Source of the DNA: Blastocatellia bacterium
GTDB taxonomy: Bacteria > Acidobacteriota > Blastocatellia > UBA7656
Assembly: GCA_035315885.1 (NCBI GenBank)
Contig: DATFXM010000194.1
Coordinates: forward strand, 44,825 to 108,824
Direction of reading: 5' to 3'
DNA length: 64,000 nt
The number at the start of each line of letters is the position of its first letter. The stretch's first letter is position 1. Position numbers and translations under genes: made by a program. Positions 61,184 through 64,000 of this stretch are shown here, piece by piece. Under the pieces are notes generated by a model that saw only the letters and a program-made list of their open reading frames with translations, did no database searches and was not told the DNA's origin.

Positions 61184-64000
61184 TCACGCAATAGGCTTGC
61201 GAAGCCGGAAGCGAGTGCCCCGCGAACCCTTTCCACCCACAGTTTCGCGGGCATAGAGCTTGCTATCGGTCCAAGATACGTCTCCGTTGATCATGCTGGC
61301 TCGCGAACATATATTCATCAGCCCGCGCCCCGCCCCCACCACGTCCTCCGTGTGTTTGAACCCCTTCCCGTTGTCTTCGACATCAATCAGCAAACATTCG
61401 CCTGCGACTTTGATGCTTAATCGCACCGACGTCGCATTCGAATGGCGGCAGACATTGTTCAATGCCTCTTGCACGATTCGAAAAATCTGAATCTGCTCTG
61501 CGCTTGTTAGTCTCAAACGATCCTCGACCCCCTCTTCGCAAACAAACTCGCACTGTATCGCTTCCCCGGCGGGACTCTGCGACACTGCGTTACCCAGAGC
61601 CCATTCGAGCGCCGCAGTGAGCCCCACGTTCGTAAGAACCGAAGGGCTCAAGTCCTCGCAAATTCTTCTGATCTCCGATGAAATCGTTTCGATTTCAGTT
61701 CGGAACCTGTTCGAATCGGTTTTCCGCGAGCCATTCTCTTCGGATCCGTTATGCCGATCCACCAGCATCATCAGCCGGCGAAGATCTGCCAGAGTCTGAT
61801 CGTGCAGATCCCGCGAAATGCGGCGCCGCTCGCTTTCAGTTTCGTTGGCGAGCTGAAATCGGGTGATTGCCAGTTCTCGATTCGTGCCAGTCAGCTTCTG
61901 GTTCTGCCGCCATCCCCACACGAGCGCGATTGTTGCCAGCGTCAAAAGAAACGCGAGCGCTGCCGAAGTCCAGGGAAAGGGTGCACGCCCGACGGTGAAG
62001 CTTACGACCAGAGGCTCAGACGGTACGAGGTCGGCGTTGTACGCTCTCGCTTCCACTATGTATGAGCCGGGTGCGAGCCCTTGTAACAGCAACTGCGGTT
62101 CGCCTGCCAAACTGGAGAAGACACGGCGGCCGGATTTGTTGCTAACCAGGAACGAGTATTGAAATTGCTCGGGATAGGTGCGGGTCGCTTGGGCGCTCAC
62201 CTCCAACGAGAGGCCGTTCTGAGGGTACTCGAGATCGATTCCGGCTTTGACTTCGTCCGGTTCGTATGCGCGGCGGCCTACGGCCCGGACCAGTGCAACC
62301 TGCGGCGCAAGGCGCTCGATCCCGTAGCGCCCGACGCCGCGGCTCGTCGCCATTATCAGTGCGTCATCACCATCTCTGGAGTGCTCCACGAGCAGCGAGA
62401 AAATGCTCTGTGACGCGAGGCCCTGCTCGGCGTCGGTCCTTCCGAGTATCGTATGCTCGCCGAGCCGAATTCGGTACAGACCCGCTCCTGCAGTCGCGCA
62501 CCAGACGAATCTCGATCCACTCTTGGGCGCTACATAAACCGATCGAGCATCGAAACCTTCCAACACGCTGAGTAGGTCATCCGATCCTGAATCGGCATTT
62601 CTCGCTTGTGAATTGTCGCCGCTCAACGCAAACAGTCCTCGAGAGGTAGCCAGCCACAGTACTTCTTCGCCAGAGCCTGAAATAGACCAGACACCGCACC
62701 CCGTGAGGGGCTGCAAGCGCGTCTCACGCACCGTTTGAATGCCATCAAACTTAAACACACCGGAACCGGCAGTGCCGATCCAAAGAGTATGGTCGAGATC
62801 CGAATGAAGGCTCACTAAGTCGCGCGCATCCAACTTCTCGGATTCGCCGGGCCAGATGAACGAAAGAGTGTCGCCATCGAGTCGAGCCAGCCCCCGCCCG
62901 AACGCCGCGGCAAACACACTTCCTCGAAAGACGGACAGCGCTCGGACGTTGACTCCTTCGTCGGACGCTCGGGCGAAAGAATAAGGACCAGGCTGAACCG
63001 CCTTCGAGCCAGGAGATTTCCGGCCGATGAACAAACCTGATGCGGTTCCCACCAGGATACGATGCAAAGAATCCTCAGAGACGGCGTGAACAATTCTTTC
63101 GGTGAGCCCGTTGACTGGCTGCCAAGGCTCTCCCTCGCCGCGCTGGACGAACAACCCTCGGTTTGTCCCGCACCACAGTAGTCCGTCTGACGAACGGAAC
63201 ACTGTTCGAACAAAGTTACTCTCGCCGCGGCTCGAGACATTCTCGAACCGCGGGCCCTTGCTGTCGTATCGGGAGACCCCTTTGTCGGTGCCAAACCAGA
63301 TCACGCCTTCGCGGTCGGCGAATACGGTGTAGATCTTGTCAGACCTGAGCCCGCCTGCGGTGCTGCTGAATGTCTGGTGAGAGTCAACGCGTCCATCTCG
63401 AATACAGAAGACTCCGCGGTCTGCCGTGCCGGCCCAGAGCGCGCCGTCGAGTCCCAGACAGAGGGCAGTTACAGTACCGGTTGGCGCTTCGACTAAGGCC
63501 GGATGAGCGAGGTCAGTTGCCTCGTACAACCCGCTTGCCGACGGCGCAGTCTGGGCGCCGAACCACAGGTGGCCCGGCCGATCGCGCAGTATCGATTCAA
63601 TAAAGAACGGTCGCGGTCTTGAAGCGACCTCCGACACTCCGCGGTTCTCTTCGAAGCGCGCGCTGAGCAGACTTCGGCCGCGACTCGAGACGATGAGACC
63701 GCCGGCGTCAGCTTCGACGGCCCCGGTTAGCTGCAATGCCACGCGCTGGGTGGAGGTTACTTCCACGTTGAGCAGGTATTGATCCTGCGGCGTCAGCACG
63801 TCAACCTTGGGCGGCGCACCCTGAGCTTTGTTAATGACAAGAATGAAACCCTGCTCGCTGGTCAGAACTATTCCGCTCTTTGAGGCAGTGATCGAGGTGA
63901 TGGGCTTGCCAGAGGTTTCCGCGATCGCATCGACTTGTCCCTGGCGAACGCGAGCCGCGCCAGAGGATGCGCCGACCCACACAGTGCCCTCATCGTCGAC
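61184..64000 (-). CDS. Sensor histidine kinase with N-terminal beta-propeller (two-component-regulator propeller/Y_Y_Y-like) sensor, TM, HisKA_3 (RDLHDQT) and HATPase_c; N-terminus beyond window end
   Basis: Repeated ..WFGT..GL..(Y/F) propeller blades; TM AALAFLLTLATIALVWGW; DesK-type H-box ERRRISRDLHD; ATP-lid DNGKGF. The reading frame continues to the window edge. Confidence 0.8.
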   Translation of the reverse strand, partial: VDDEGTVWVGASSGAARVRQGQVDAIAETSGKPITSITASKSGIVLTSEQGFILVINKAQGAPPKVDVLTPQDQYLLNVEVTSTQRVALQLTGAVEADAGGLIVSSRGRSLLSARFEENRGVSEVASRPRPFFIESILRDRPGHLWFGAQTAPSASGLYEATDLAHPALVEAPTGTVTALCLGLDGALWAGTADRGVFCIRDGRVDSHQTFSSTAGGLRSDKIYTVFADREGVIWFGTDKGVSRYDSKGPRFENVSSRGESNFVRTVFRSSDGLLWCGTNRGLFVQRGEGEPWQPVNGLTERIVHAVSEDSLHRILVGTASGLFIGRKSPGSKAVQPGPYSFARASDEGVNVRALSVFRGSVFAAAFGRGLARLDGDTLSFIWPGESEKLDARDLVSLHSDLDHTLWIGTAGSGVFKFDGIQTVRETRLQPLTGCGVWSISGSGEEVLWLATSRGLFALSGDNSQARNADSGSDDLLSVLEGFDARSVYVAPKSGSRFVWCATAGAGLYRIRLGEHTILGRTDAEQGLASQSIFSLLVEHSRDGDDALIMATSRGVGRYGIERLAPQVALVRAVGRRAYEPDEVKAGIDLEYPQNGLSLEVSAQATRTYPEQFQYSFLVSNKSGRRVFSSLAGEPQLLLQGLAPGSYIVEARAYNADLVPSEPLVVSFTVGRAPFPWTSAALAFLLTLATIALVWGWRQNQKLTGTNRELAITRFQLANETESERRRISRDLHDQTLADLRRLMMLVDRHNGSEENGSRKTDSNRFRTEIETISSEIRRICEDLSPSVLTNVGLTAALEWALGNAVSQSPAGEAIQCEFVCEEGVEDRLRLTSAEQIQIFRIVQEALNNVCRHSNATSVRLSIKVAGECLLIDVEDNGKGFKHTEDVVGAGRGLMNICSRASMINGDVSWTDSKLYARETVGGKGSRGTRFRLRKPIA

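Overview
This 64-kb window looks like core chromosome from a GC-rich (~59%) bacterium. The gene content (sigma-54/NtrC regulator, FHA and TPR proteins, PilN/PilO-like proteins) is compatible with an Acidobacteria-like lineage, but this is inference only. Coding density is high and mostly housekeeping.

Genes, in order:
- **Glycolysis block:** secG (partial), tpiA, a lipoprotein, pgk, gap, then tkt.
- **Putative operon:** two tandem thymidylate-kinase paralogs (one with a Lys-to-Arg P-loop), an orphan ParA/MinD-like ATPase and an AI-2E transporter.
- **Downstream of these:** CtpA (S41 protease), thiolase, a zinc-ribbon rhomboid protease next to an FHA-TM-trypsin-like protease, a TPR protein, P5C dehydrogenase, a VOC protein, a 1046-aa LmbE(PIG-L)/ThuA-like fusion and an APC permease.
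- **Pilus-like cluster:** PilN-like, PilO-like, an unknown TM protein and a GspK-like minor pseudopilin, with a divergent double zinc-ribbon repeat protein.
- **Fe-S maintenance neighbourhood:** YgfZ-like (KGCYKGQE), a membrane protein, ErpA and ApbC/Mrp.
- **DNA maintenance genes:** XerD-like, LpxD, ParAB, BFN nuclease and SSB.
- **Regulation and metabolism:** NtrC-type regulator, glycerate kinase, a peptidoglycan-binding secreted repeat protein, a PAS histidine kinase and an orphan GspH-like pseudopilin.
- **Housekeeping run:** YfcE-like phosphoesterase, RNase J, RsmA, RibD, TsaD, Zn-ADH, two crotonases, cyclophilin and ThrC.
- **Window end:** a beta-propeller HisKA_3 sensor kinase, truncated.

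I found no rRNA, tRNA, CRISPR or transposase.

The most striking feature is a family of at least nine intergenic elements (about 60-320 bp). Each has a short variable core flanked by arms made of tandem heptamer (or 8-, 13-, 16-nt) repeats, with the right arm the reverse complement of the left, so each can form a long hairpin. Three arm subfamilies are present (CTGAGTN; GCAGTAG/GCAGTAT; GATGAGGG/GCGAAGGGG/GGTTTAG). Several are nested, and four supply the stop codon of the flanking gene. They look like REP/BIME- or STRR-like elements. I would prioritise them for follow-up.
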